64,000 nt of DNA from an uncultured Chloroflexia bacterium. GTDB lineage: Bacteria > Chloroflexota > Limnocylindria > Limnocylindrales > CSP1-4. How positions within the stretch are numbered: position 1 is the first letter of the stretch; every line of letters starts with the position of its first letter. Positions 9,579 through 19,227 of the stretch are shown one piece after another. Below the pieces are notes generated by a model. The model was not told the origin of the DNA. It worked only from the letters and a program-made list of their open reading frames with translations, and did not search any database. Where the stretch lies: the NCBI GenBank assembly GCA_963813535.1, contig CAWEZH010000002.1, positions 1,344,001-1,408,000 of the forward strand, read 5' to 3'. A program made the position numbers and the translations under genes.

Positions 9579-12500
9579 GCCCGCATCGTCCAGGACCAGC
9601 GGTAGGTGCCGGGCCCGACCAGGTACGCCGGCAACGTGTCGGGTCCGCACGAGGCGGTGCCCAGGCCGCGGTGGGCCACGTCGATATGGACGATGGTCGC
9701 GTCGGCGCTCACCAACTCCTCGTGATGCGTCGCCGCCGCGAGCGCCGTGGCGCGGTGGTGCGTCGCCGAGACCTGCATCGGGCGGTCGAAGCTGAGCCGC
9801 AGGGTCTGCCCGGTGTCGTCCGCCAGCTCGAGCCAGCGGACGTCAGCGTGACCCCCGTTCTCCTGCGGGCGGATGTACGGCACGGTCTGCTCGCGCACCG
9901 TCGAGCGCCAGCGACCGATCAGCGCGCCGCGCTTCCGGTCGGGATACGACTCGTGGGGCCCGCGCCCGAACCAGTCCAACGTCTCGAAGCCAGGCAGGAC
10001 CTCGAGCTCGATGCCGACCCGCGCGACATCGACGAGCTCGTCCGGCACGATGACAGTCTCGTCGATCCGGATATCGCCCGATCCGACGTCCGTCACCGAA
10101 CGCTCGTGGCGGATGACCGCGCCACAGCCCGTCGTGACCGCGTCGACTGTCGTGACACGACCGTCCGCGGCGCGATCGAGGGACAGCAGCCGGCGTTCGA
10201 GCCGGTCGAGGCCGAGCGCCGACCAGACCGCGGCGAACCCGCCGATGCGGTCGTTGTCGGTCGGCGCTCGCCACAGGGACAGTCTTGGCGAGACGGCGAT
10301 GAGCGGGTGACGGAGGTCGCCGCGATCATCGACGTGCAGCTTCTGCGCGCTGCTCCCGGACGGGCGAGCCGCGTCAGTGGCGACCTCCGCCGGCTCGGAC
10401 AGCGATGTCGGCAGCGGCACCTGGAGCGCGCACACCTCGAAGCCTTCGGGCGCCCACGGGACGGGCCGACCGAGGGCCCAGCGGGTGGTCAGCCAGACCT
10501 CGCGGGCGCTCGGGAGCGGATCGGGAAGGCCCGCGAGTCCAAGGTGTCCGGTCGCCCCAGGCGCGATCGCCGGCACGCTCGCACGGCCGCTCGCCGCGAC
10601 CTCGCCATCGACGGTGACCTCCCACGCCATGCGTAGATCGCCAAGGTCGGTGAAGTCGCGACGATTGGCGATGGCCAGCTCTGTCCCCGTCCAGGCGATC
10701 GCCAGGGGTGCGGCGAGAGCCCGATGCTCCCAGAGCGCCGGCTTCGGCGCCCCGTCGGGCCAGGTCAGGCCGTCCGCGCAGAAATTCCCGTCATTGGGCA
10801 CGTCACCGAAGTCGCCTCCGTACGCCCAGCGCACGGCGCCGCCCGGCAGCGACTGGAGGAGACCGTGGTCGCGCCACTCCCAGATGAAGCCACCCTGCAG
10901 ACCCGGCGTCCCCTCGATGGCGTCCCAGTGCTCGGCGAGCGTCCCGTTCGAGTTGCCCATGGCGTGCGAGTACTCGCACATGATCAGCGGGTGCCGCTGG
11001 AGACCGGAGCGCGCGTGCTCGACGATCGCCTCGAGCTCCGGGTACATGGGACACGTCAGGTCCGAGATGGCCTGGTCGCTCGTCCAATCCCAGCGGATGG
11101 CGCCCTCGTAGTGCAACGGTCGCGACGGATCGAAGCGCCGCAGCCAGGCGGCCGCGGCATCGTGATTGGCACCGTGGCCAGACTCGTTGCCGAGCGACCA
11201 GGCGATGATCGATGGGTGGTTTCGGTCGCGGATCGCCATCCGGGCCACTCGACTCACCCACTGCGCGAGGTAGCGCGGGTCGTCGCACAGCGTGCTCTGG
11301 AACGCATGCGATTCGATGTCGGCTTCGTCGATCACGTACAGCCCGAGCTCGTCGCACAGATCGAGGAAGACCGGGTCGTTCGGGTAGTGGGACGTGCGCA
11401 CCGCGTTGAAGCCGAAGCGCTTCATCGCGACGACGTCGTCCCGCATCGACGCTTCCGAGACGACGCGCCCGGTCCGTTGGTCGAAGTCGTGTCGATTCAC
11501 GCCACGGATGAGGACGCGGCGCCCGTTGATGAGCAGGTCGACGCCCGAGACCTCGACGCGGCGGAACCCGACCTGCACCGTGGCCCGCTCCACGATCCGG
11601 CCGTCCGGTGCTAGGAGGTCGACGTCCAGGTCATACCGCCGCGGGTCCTCTGCCGACCACGGCTCGACCGCGGGAAGCCGGAGGTCGAAGGTGACCCGCC
11701 CGCCGAGCGGCGGCACCAGGTGCGGTTCGAGCTCAGCCCAGTCGGCAGCGCGCTCGGCGACCGCCGGCGGACCGCCGACGGCATGTCGCCGCATCAGATC
11801 CATCGATCCCGGATCCTGGGGGTGCTCTGGACGCGCTTGGAGAGGCACCGAAGCACGCAGCGGCGCCAGCAAGCCGGGGATCGACGCCTCGACGGCCCAG
11901 CCCGGCTCGGGATCGGCGCCGAGGGTTGCCACGTCCACCGTGAGCTGCAGCGTCCCCGTCCCAAGGTCGGGCTCGAGGCCGGCGATGGCACCGATGTCGG
12001 CGAGATACGTGCGGTCGGTCGCGTACAGGAAGATCGATCGGGTGATCCCGCCGTGCCACCACTGGTCCTGGTCCTCGACATACGTGGCGTCGGACCACTT
12101 GACGACCGTCAGACGGATCTCGTTGGCGCCGGGCTGCACGACGGCGGTGAGGTCGAACTCGGCGGCGAGGTGCGAGTCCTTGCTCATCCCGATGTCGGTG
12201 CCATTGACGCGCAGGAGCAGGACGCTCTCAGCAGCCCCGACGTGGAGCACGATCCGGCGTGACGCCCAGTCGGCGGGAACGTCGACGGTCCGCTCATAGA
12301 TACCCGTCGGGTTCACCGCCGGCAGGTGCGGTGGGACCCCGGGGAACGGCATCTGGACGTTCGTGTACTGCGGCACATCCCAGGTGTCCTGGCGGGTCCA
12401 GCAGCCCGGGACGGCGATGTCCCGCCACGCGTCCGCCTCGAGATCCGCCGTCGGGGTCTCGAGCAGCTGGAAGCGCCACGTGCCATCGAGCGACAATCGC

Positions 12501-12583
12501 TCGTGATGCCTGACGGCGTGCATCGGAAGACGACCGAGCGACACGAGCTCGGGACTGGTCCAGGGATGGCTCACGACCGGCAT
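9575..12583 (-). CDS. lacZ: Beta-galactosidase, GH2 (LacZ type)
   Basis: GVNRHD, NAVRTSHYP, WSLGNESG, CEYSHAMGNSNG, GGFIWEW, YGGDFGD, RPQENG. Confidence 0.9.
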   Translation of the reverse strand: MPVVSHPWTSPELVSLGRLPMHAVRHHERLSLDGTWRFQLLETPTADLEADAWRDIAVPGCWTRQDTWDVPQYTNVQMPFPGVPPHLPAVNPTGIYERTVDVPADWASRRIVLHVGAAESVLLLRVNGTDIGMSKDSHLAAEFDLTAVVQPGANEIRLTVVKWSDATYVEDQDQWWHGGITRSIFLYATDRTYLADIGAIAGLEPDLGTGTLQLTVDVATLGADPEPGWAVEASIPGLLAPLRASVPLQARPEHPQDPGSMDLMRRHAVGGPPAVAERAADWAELEPHLVPPLGGRVTFDLRLPAVEPWSAEDPRRYDLDVDLLAPDGRIVERATVQVGFRRVEVSGVDLLINGRRVLIRGVNRHDFDQRTGRVVSEASMRDDVVAMKRFGFNAVRTSHYPNDPVFLDLCDELGLYVIDEADIESHAFQSTLCDDPRYLAQWVSRVARMAIRDRNHPSIIAWSLGNESGHGANHDAAAAWLRRFDPSRPLHYEGAIRWDWTSDQAISDLTCPMYPELEAIVEHARSGLQRHPLIMCEYSHAMGNSNGTLAEHWDAIEGTPGLQGGFIWEWRDHGLLQSLPGGAVRWAYGGDFGDVPNDGNFCADGLTWPDGAPKPALWEHRALAAPLAIAWTGTELAIANRRDFTDLGDLRMAWEVTVDGEVAASGRASVPAIAPGATGHLGLAGLPDPLPSAREVWLTTRWALGRPVPWAPEGFEVCALQVPLPTSLSEPAEVATDAARPSGSSAQKLHVDDRGDLRHPLIAVSPRLSLWRAPTDNDRIGGFAAVWSALGLDRLERRLLSLDRAADGRVTTVDAVTTGCGAVIRHERSVTDVGSGDIRIDETVIVPDELVDVARVGIELEVLPGFETLDWFGRGPHESYPDRKRGALIGRWRSTVREQTVPYIRPQENGGHADVRWLELADDTGQTLRLSFDRPMQVSATHHRATALAAATHHEELVSADATIVHIDVAHRGLGTASCGPDTLPAYLVGPGTYRWSWTMRA

Positions 12584-12711
12584 TGTCCCATCCGCTCGGG
12601 GGCGTCAGCGGGCGGGCGGCGACTCGGTGCGGCGAGCGGCCGACCACGCAACGGTCGTACGTTTCTCGGAGTTCCAAACGGTGTGATCAGCCGCCGCCCC
12701 GCGTACCGGAT

Positions 12712-12747
12712 GTTGGCCTATCGATGTAGGCCAACCACGACTATGAT
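12712..12747 (+). promoter_or_regulatory. Inverted repeat (candidate operator) and -10 box of the EamA gene
   Basis: GTTGGCCTA-N6-TAGGCCAAC (12712-12735); TATGAT (12742-12747) 6 nt before ATG 12754. Confidence 0.5.
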
Positions 12748-12753
12748 GCCGCG

Positions 12754-13674
12754 ATGACGGACCGCTCCTCGCAGCTCGACTGGGTGATCTTTCTCCTGCT
12801 CGGGTTCATCTGGGGGTCGAGCTACCTGTTCATCAAGCTCGCCGTCGACGACTTCGGGACGTTCACGCTGGTCGCCCTGCGCCTCATCGTGGGCGGGATC
12901 CTGCTCTGGATCGTCATCCGCGTCGCCGGCCAGGAGCTGCCGCGCGACCGGCGCATCTACGGCCACTTGATCGTCATGGCGATCATCAACATCACGATCC
13001 CGTTCCTGCTCATCACGTGGGCGGAACAGTCAGTGGAGTCGTCGCTCGCCGCGATCCTCACGTCACCCGTGCCGCTCTTCGCGATCGTGCTCTCGGCGCT
13101 GTTCCTGCCGGATGAGCCGATGCGCGTGAACGGGCTGATCGGTCTCATCGTCGGGTTCATCGGCGTGGTGATCATCACCAGTCGCGGGCTGACCGGCGCC
13201 GGATCGTCGCTCATCGGTGAGATCGCGCTGCTCGGGGCGGCCCTCAGCTATGCCGCCGGGGCTGTCTACTCGCGGCGCAATGTCCGGGGCGTCCCGCCGA
13301 TGATCCCGGCTGTCTTCCAGGTGACCTTCGCCGCGATCATCGTGGGCGTCCCGGCCATCATCCTCGAGCGACCGTGGGAGGCCCGCCCAGACGCGCAGGC
13401 CGTGTTCTCCATCCTGTGGCTCGGCATCCTCGGGTCCGGCATCGCCTATCTGTTCGTCTTCAGACTGTTCGCCCATTGGGGTGCGACACGCACCACGCTG
13501 GTGGCCTATCTGCTGCCGGTCGTCGGGATCGTCCTCGGCTACATCGTCCTTGCCGAGCCGGTCGATGCGCGCCTCATCGTCGGGACCGGGCTCGTGATCG
13601 CGGGCGTGGCCCTCGTGAACAGTCGGTTCGGGCGTCGGCGACTCTTCGGGCGGGGGGCGCCGGCAGCCGCCTAA
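12754..13674 (+). CDS. EamA/DMT-family transporter
   Basis: About 10 TM segments in two EamA repeats; IWGSSYLFIK start motif. Confidence 0.9.
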   Translation: MTDRSSQLDWVIFLLLGFIWGSSYLFIKLAVDDFGTFTLVALRLIVGGILLWIVIRVAGQELPRDRRIYGHLIVMAIINITIPFLLITWAEQSVESSLAAILTSPVPLFAIVLSALFLPDEPMRVNGLIGLIVGFIGVVIITSRGLTGAGSSLIGEIALLGAALSYAAGAVYSRRNVRGVPPMIPAVFQVTFAAIIVGVPAIILERPWEARPDAQAVFSILWLGILGSGIAYLFVFRLFAHWGATRTTLVAYLLPVVGIVLGYIVLAEPVDARLIVGTGLVIAGVALVNSRFGRRRLFGRGAPAAA

Positions 13675-13686
13675 GGCCGCCGTCCC

Positions 13687-14574
13687 TCAGCTCGGTGTCG
13701 CGCCGAGCGCCAGGAGCAGTGCTCCACCGACGATCAGCGTCGACGCACCCACCCGCCGGACGATGTCGCCGCGGTCCGCCGCCTCGCCCAGCCGGACCGA
13801 GCCCCAGGCGGCGGCGAATACCGCGGCAGACTCGCGCAACGGCGCTACGCCCGCCAGCGGCGCGATGCTGAGCGCCCACAGGATCAACAGGTATGCGGCC
13901 AGGGTCAGCCAGCCCCCGATCGCCGCATAACGGATCTGTTCCGGCCCGCCCGCGAAGACCCGGCCGCCCGCTACCAACTTCACCCAGAGCACGAGCACGA
14001 TGTCCGTCGTGACCCACAGGATCGCGGCGTACGTGAGCGGGTCGATCAGGCGCGCCCCGACCCGGTCGATCGCGGTGTACGTCGCGATCGTGACGCCGAT
14101 GGCCAGCGCGAACGCGATCGAGGGATCGAACGAGCTCTTGCCGCGCAGTACGACCCATGGCCGCTGGAGGATGAGGACTCCGGCCAGGAGCGCTGCGACG
14201 CCGATCGATCCGGCGAGCCCCAGCCGCTCGCCAAGGACGAACACGCCGACCGCGACCGCGAGGAGCGGCGCCGTCCCGCGCGCGATCGGATAGATGACCG
14301 ACAGGTCACCTCGTCTGTACGCCGCCGACAACAGGATGAAGTAACCCGCCTCGATGACGCCTGACAGCACTCCCAGGGCGACACCTTCGATCGGGAGCGC
14401 CGGCCGGCCCGACGCCGACCAGGCGATGAAGCCCGCCGGGACGATCCCGAGCGTCGCCGCGAGCATGCCCACCGTCGCCGCGCGGAGCGGGTCGCCGGCC
14501 GTCTTGAGCCGGACGTTCCAGGCGACATGCAGGCCGGCGCTGACGAGGACCAGCGCGATGACGAATGGGTCCAT
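13687..14574 (-). CDS. EamA/DMT-family transporter
   Basis: HVAWN, AYRRGDLSVIYPIARG and APLRES motifs; about 10 TM segments. Confidence 0.88.
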   Translation of the reverse strand: MDPFVIALVLVSAGLHVAWNVRLKTAGDPLRAATVGMLAATLGIVPAGFIAWSASGRPALPIEGVALGVLSGVIEAGYFILLSAAYRRGDLSVIYPIARGTAPLLAVAVGVFVLGERLGLAGSIGVAALLAGVLILQRPWVVLRGKSSFDPSIAFALAIGVTIATYTAIDRVGARLIDPLTYAAILWVTTDIVLVLWVKLVAGGRVFAGGPEQIRYAAIGGWLTLAAYLLILWALSIAPLAGVAPLRESAAVFAAAWGSVRLGEAADRGDIVRRVGASTLIVGGALLLALGATPS

Positions 14575-14583
14575 GCCGCGACG

Positions 14584-16257
14584 TTAGCGGCCCACGTCCC
14601 TCCGCTGCATGCCCCACGCGCCCACCAGCAGCCCGCCGATCGCCAGTATCGCCGCGACGGCGATGCCCACGATGTCGTACGTGCCGGCCATCGGTTGACC
14701 GAGGTGCTTATAGATCGAGAGGTCGAGGATCACGTCCGGCAGGTCGAGCGCGGCACCCAGCGTGTCGAGGACGAACGTGCCGATCACGGCGGCCGCTGCG
14801 ACGGGAGCCGCGAGCGACGAGCGGACGAGCCCACCGGCCGCGAAGCCGATGCCTGCGAACCCGGCGGCGGCGAGTCCGAGGATGGCCGCGCCGGCCACGG
14901 GAGCGCCGATGTCGCCGCCCTGGGAGGCGACCGCCGCGATCACGAACGCCCCGAGGACGATGACGAAGACGCCGATCCCGGCCATCACCCCGAGCCCGCT
15001 GCGCAGGGCCCAGCCTGCCCGTGACACGGGGGTCGAGAGCACGAGGTCGAGTCGTCGCTCACCCTCGTCGCTCGCCCACGCCGCGAGGAACGTGGCGCCC
15101 GCCAGGCCGGCCATGAGCGAGGCGAAGGCGAAGAACGCAAGTTGAAGGATGCCCGATGGCTGGCTCAGGTCGAGGTCCGGGTAGATGATCCGGATGTAAT
15201 CCGTCAACCCCGGCGTCTGGTTCAGGACGTCCGTCAGCGCCTGCGCCGACGACGCGATCAGCGCGGCATACAGGCCGACACCGCCGCCCCACCCGAGTGC
15301 GGCCGGCGTCAGGTCGGACAGGAGGCGAGTGAACGGGTTGCGGGTCCCGCGCGGCAGCCCCGGGATGCGCAGCCAGCGCAGGGGCGCGACCGCGCCGATG
15401 TCCCGCCGTTCGAAGACGGCGACGCCGATGGCAAGCAGGACGACGACGACGACGGCAAGCAGACCGACCGAGGGCCAGTCGGTGACGCCGGCGATCGGGC
15501 GGTGACCCGAGGTCCACGCGTACCAGGACAGGGGCCCGAGCGCCTCGAGCGTCGGTGACAGCGTCGAGAAGGACGAGACGAGGTACATCCCGAACAGGGC
15601 GAGCAGCCCCACGCCGGCCGCTCGCGACCGACCCACGACCGGCGCGACCGCGAACGCGATCGACCCGGCCGCGAGCATCAGCAGCCCATAGAGAGTGACC
15701 TGCCCGAGCGCTGCATCCAGCGGGATCTCGTCGCCCGGCAGCGTCGCGAAGACCTGTCCGGCGACGTACAGGAGCAGTGCCGCTATGAGCATCGCCACGA
15801 CCAGTGCTGTGATGTGGCCGGCAAGCTTCTGGAGCGCGATGGACCGGCGGCTGTGCGGCGTCGACACGAGCAGATCGAGGCTGCCCTTGGCGGCCTCACC
15901 GGCGAGCGTGCCTGAGAGGGCCAGCACCGACCACAGCCCGAGCAGGACGGGCAGGATGTTGCCTACCCGCCAGGAGATGAAGCCGCCAAGCGTCTCGATG
16001 TTGATCGGCTCCCCGAGCAGGCCCCGGAAGACCGCAGGCAGCGCCGTCATCGAGGTGACCAGGACCTGACGTTTCTGCAGCGTGTCGAACTCGGCGGCGA
16101 TGGGCGCGGCGGTCGCGAGCATGAACAGCCCGCCCATCAGGCCGACGACGAGCGCCGCGCGACGGCTGTCTCGGAGCGTCTTGGCGTAGGTCGATGTCAG
16201 GCCCATCACCCGCGACCACGGTCGCGGACGAGAAAGGACGGCGGTGCTAGCGGCCAT
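14584..16257 (-). CDS. ABC-2-type exporter permease (duplicated domain)
   Basis: Two repeats (GEAAKGSLDLLVSTP and DEGERRLDLVLSTP), each ending RRD; downstream of an ABC ATPase; start trimmed. Confidence 0.85.
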   Translation of the reverse strand: MAASTAVLSRPRPWSRVMGLTSTYAKTLRDSRRAALVVGLMGGLFMLATAAPIAAEFDTLQKRQVLVTSMTALPAVFRGLLGEPINIETLGGFISWRVGNILPVLLGLWSVLALSGTLAGEAAKGSLDLLVSTPHSRRSIALQKLAGHITALVVAMLIAALLLYVAGQVFATLPGDEIPLDAALGQVTLYGLLMLAAGSIAFAVAPVVGRSRAAGVGLLALFGMYLVSSFSTLSPTLEALGPLSWYAWTSGHRPIAGVTDWPSVGLLAVVVVVLLAIGVAVFERRDIGAVAPLRWLRIPGLPRGTRNPFTRLLSDLTPAALGWGGGVGLYAALIASSAQALTDVLNQTPGLTDYIRIIYPDLDLSQPSGILQLAFFAFASLMAGLAGATFLAAWASDEGERRLDLVLSTPVSRAGWALRSGLGVMAGIGVFVIVLGAFVIAAVASQGGDIGAPVAGAAILGLAAAGFAGIGFAAGGLVRSSLAAPVAAAAVIGTFVLDTLGAALDLPDVILDLSIYKHLGQPMAGTYDIVGIAVAAILAIGGLLVGAWGMQRRDVGR

Positions 16258-17173
16258 CGGGACCGACCCCGGCCGGGACCGAGCTCTCGTGGCTGCCGTA
16301 CTGGGCCAGGAACACGTCCTCGAGGTTGGGTTCGCGGCTGACGACATCGGTGAGCCCATGAGCGGCGGACATGGCGATGACCTTGCCGATCGGCCCATTC
16401 ACGCGCATGCGGACCACGTTCCCGTCGACCTCGAGGTCGCTCACGCCGTCGATGGCCGTGAACACCGCGGCCGGGATGGGGCGCTCGAACGTGAGCTCGA
16501 CGTGATGGAAGGCGAGCTGTCGGATGTTCTCGATCCGGTCGACCTGGACGAGACGACCCTCGCGGATGATCGCAACGCGATCGCACGTCCGGTCGACCTC
16601 GTCGATGACGTGCGACGACAGGAAGATCGTCCGGCCCTCGGCCTTGGCCTCGCTCACCATCTCGAAGAATGCCTGCTGGATGAGCGGATCGAGGCCCGCT
16701 GTGGGCTCGTCGAGGATCAGCAGGTCGGGCTTGTGCTGGAGCGCGACCACGAGGCCGACCTTCTGCTTGTTGCCCTTCGAGTACTCCTTGTAGCGGCGTG
16801 TCGGATCGAGGTCCAGCCGCTCGACGAGCTCGGCCACGTAGCCCGGGTCGACGCCTCCGCGCAGGTTCGCGAAGTAGGTGATCGTGTCGGCGCCGGTAAG
16901 GCGGTCGTACAGATCGAACTCACCGGGCAGGTAGCCCACGCGTCGGTGGATCGACACGGGGTCCTTGGTGGTCTCGATCCCGAATACCTCGGCACGACCC
17001 GATGTCGGGCGGATGAGGTCGAGCAGGACGCGCATCGTCGTGGTCTTGCCTGCGCCGTTGGGGCCCAGGAAGCCGAAGATCTCGCCCGCTTCGACGTCGA
17101 GGTCGACCTCGGTGATCCCGCGGTGGATGCCATAGGTCTTGGTGAGCTGCTCGGTATGGATGACCGAAGTCAT
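16247..17173 (-). CDS. ABC exporter ATP-binding protein
   Basis: Walker A GPNGAGKTT, signature YSKGNKQK, Walker B LLILDEP. Confidence 0.93.
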   Translation of the reverse strand: MTSVIHTEQLTKTYGIHRGITEVDLDVEAGEIFGFLGPNGAGKTTTMRVLLDLIRPTSGRAEVFGIETTKDPVSIHRRVGYLPGEFDLYDRLTGADTITYFANLRGGVDPGYVAELVERLDLDPTRRYKEYSKGNKQKVGLVVALQHKPDLLILDEPTAGLDPLIQQAFFEMVSEAKAEGRTIFLSSHVIDEVDRTCDRVAIIREGRLVQVDRIENIRQLAFHHVELTFERPIPAAVFTAIDGVSDLEVDGNVVRMRVNGPIGKVIAMSAAHGLTDVVSREPNLEDVFLAQYGSHESSVPAGVGPDGR

Positions 17174-17664
17174 GCTGATTCCTTCCTGCCGGTCGGTCCG
17201 GCACGCTCTCGCAGGAAGCGGTCGACCACGGTCGGGACCTCCTGTTCGACGAACGCAAAGACGTCCCGCAATTCCTCGAGGCGGCGGCGTGATGCCGGCG
17301 GCCGGTCGGCGATGGCCTCGAGGCCGCGTTCCGCGAGCTCCCGGAACGTGCGGTAGATGCGACCCGCGTTCTCGAGGAACGAATCGAGGGCTTCGGGCGG
17401 GGCGCTGAAGTACTCACGCCGGTCGCCACGTCGCGTCGAGCGCCGGATCATGCCGGCGCTCGCCAGGATGCGCGCGGTGCCGCTGATGGCCCCACGGCTC
17501 GCCTGCAGCGCCTCGGCCAGGTCGGCCGCCGTCTGCTCGGGCGGCTCGCAGATGAGCAGCCAGCCCCACATGCGGCCGGCCATCGGCGTCATGCCATATG
17601 ACGCGAGGACCCGACCCATCTCCTCGACGAAGGCGCTTTCGCCCTCGGTCATGCGCGATCGCAT
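17170..17664 (-). CDS. GbsR/MarR-family transcriptional regulator
   Basis: FVEEMG...GMTPMAGRMWGWLLI...LQASRGAIS...GDRREYF; start uncertain (17652, 17664 or 17694). Confidence 0.85.
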   Translation of the reverse strand: MRSRMTEGESAFVEEMGRVLASYGMTPMAGRMWGWLLICEPPEQTAADLAEALQASRGAISGTARILASAGMIRRSTRRGDRREYFSAPPEALDSFLENAGRIYRTFRELAERGLEAIADRPPASRRRLEELRDVFAFVEQEVPTVVDRFLRERAGPTGRKESA

Positions 17665-17696
17665 CGGTTCATGCGCCGACGCTACGCCGTTCACTC

Positions 17697-17716
17697 CGTT
17701 CAGTCAATACTGAACG
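17697..17716. promoter_or_regulatory. Palindromic operator upstream of the GbsR/MarR-ABC operon
   Basis: CGTTCAGT-CAAT-ACTGAACG perfect 8-bp arms directly upstream of the regulator. Confidence 0.6.
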
Positions 17717-17731
17717 TTCCGAATTGAGCGG

Positions 17732-18268
17732 CTATTGAGCGCTTCGGCGGCTTGCCGCTGGGGCCGAGGGGTGCTCCCCGCGCTCGGCTCGTTCCTTGAG
17801 CGCCCGCAAATGGGCCTCGACACGAGCCTCGAGGGACCGGCGACCGAGACGCACGAGGATGTCCGTCCAGCGGTCGATCAGCTCGAACGTCGCGCCGTGG
17901 ATCACGCGGGTCCCGCCGGCGATGGGCTCGAGCCGCCAGGACCACTCGCTCTCGAACCCGGAACCGGTCACGCGGAGCCGGAAGACCGACTCCGGGCGGG
18001 CCTCCAGGCTCTCGACCCGGGCCATCTCGCGGAGCAGCCCGAGTCGCGTTCGGGCGGTACGTGTCGCTGCGGCGGCCGGCCACGAGGGGGCGGCCGGTCC
18101 GAGCCGCAACTCGGGGAACAACGTCGACGATGCGGTCGGATCGTGGAGGGCGGCCCACACCGCGCGCGGTGTCGCCTGGACGAACACCCGGCGCTCGACG
18201 AGTCGATCGTCGCGCAGGTGGTCGCCGGCACGACGGTAGCCGACCTCTGGATCGGGACGGACAGCCAT
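17732..18268 (-). CDS. SRPBCC/START-domain protein
   Basis: VFVQATPRAVWAALHD...W.LEP..GGTRV...L..LKERAE pattern. Confidence 0.7.
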   Translation of the reverse strand: MAVRPDPEVGYRRAGDHLRDDRLVERRVFVQATPRAVWAALHDPTASSTLFPELRLGPAAPSWPAAAATRTARTRLGLLREMARVESLEARPESVFRLRVTGSGFESEWSWRLEPIAGGTRVIHGATFELIDRWTDILVRLGRRSLEARVEAHLRALKERAERGEHPSAPAASRRSAQ

Positions 18269-18273
18269 CTCGC

Positions 18274-19227
18274 TCAGACCCCGATCGGGTGCCAGACCGT
18301 CTTCATCTCGAGGAAGACGGCGATCCACTCGGGGCGCTCCGATGCTCGGTCGTCGAGCCAGTCGAACCGCGCATCGCTGACGCGCGCGGGTCGGCGAGAG
18401 ACGCGCTTGATGTCGTCGGCGGCCAGCTGTTCGGTCTCGACCCGCATGTCGTCGGGCACCCCCCAGACGTCGAGCGCGTCGACGTCGACGTGACCGGCGA
18501 GCACCGGGACGAGCTCCTTCTTGCGGCCGGTGAGGATGTTGACGACGCCACCAGGGACGTCGGATGTCGCCAGTACCTCGCTCAGCGTGATGGCCGGCAG
18601 CGGACGCGTTTCCGAGGCGAGCAGCACGACCGTGTTACCTGAGACGAGCGGCGGAGCGAGCCGGCTGACCAACCCGAGCAGCGACGACGTTTCGGGCGCG
18701 ACCACGCCGACGATCCCCGTCGGCTCCGGGATCGTGAAGTTGAAGTAGGGAGCGGCAACGGGGTTGGCCGATCCCAGGATCTGGGTGATCTTGTCGGCCC
18801 AGCCGGCGTACCAGACCCAGCGATCGATGGCCCGGTCGACGATCTCGCCCGCGCGCGCGTCGCGCAACCCTTCGGCGCTGGCCACCTCGGCGACGAACTG
18901 GTCGCGCCGGCCCTCCATCAGCTCGGCGACGCGGTACAGGACCTGGCCCCGGTTCATCGCCGTCTTGGCGGCCCAGCCCGAGACCGCACCATGCGCGGCG
19001 CGGACCGCATCGCGCACGTCCTTGCGCGACGCCCGGACCGCGTTGGCCAGCGGAGTGCCGTCACTGGCCGACACGAGGTACGAACGCCCACTCTCGCTGC
19101 GCGGGAACGCCCCGCCGATGTACAGCTTGTACGTCTTGCGGACGCCGATCCGGGGCACCGCCCCGTCGCGCGACGTCCCGTTGCGCGACGACCCGTTCCG
19201 CGATGCAGCCCCTCGGCCCGTGGCCAT
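18274..19227 (-). CDS. Aldehyde dehydrogenase family protein, short form (NAD-binding part only)
   Basis: KTYKLYIGGAFPRSESGR, YAGWADK, GGVVNILTG, KTVWHPIG; no ELGG or catalytic Cys segment. Confidence 0.85.
   Translation of the reverse strand: MATGRGAASRNGSSRNGTSRDGAVPRIGVRKTYKLYIGGAFPRSESGRSYLVSASDGTPLANAVRASRKDVRDAVRAAHGAVSGWAAKTAMNRGQVLYRVAELMEGRRDQFVAEVASAEGLRDARAGEIVDRAIDRWVWYAGWADKITQILGSANPVAAPYFNFTIPEPTGIVGVVAPETSSLLGLVSRLAPPLVSGNTVVLLASETRPLPAITLSEVLATSDVPGGVVNILTGRKKELVPVLAGHVDVDALDVWGVPDDMRVETEQLAADDIKRVSRRPARVSDARFDWLDDRASERPEWIAVFLEMKTVWHPIGV

Noticed and set aside
19160-19206. Short tandem repeat encoding SRNGS-SRNGT-SRDG
   Set aside because: Low-complexity N-terminal linker of the short ALDH; no sign of phase variation
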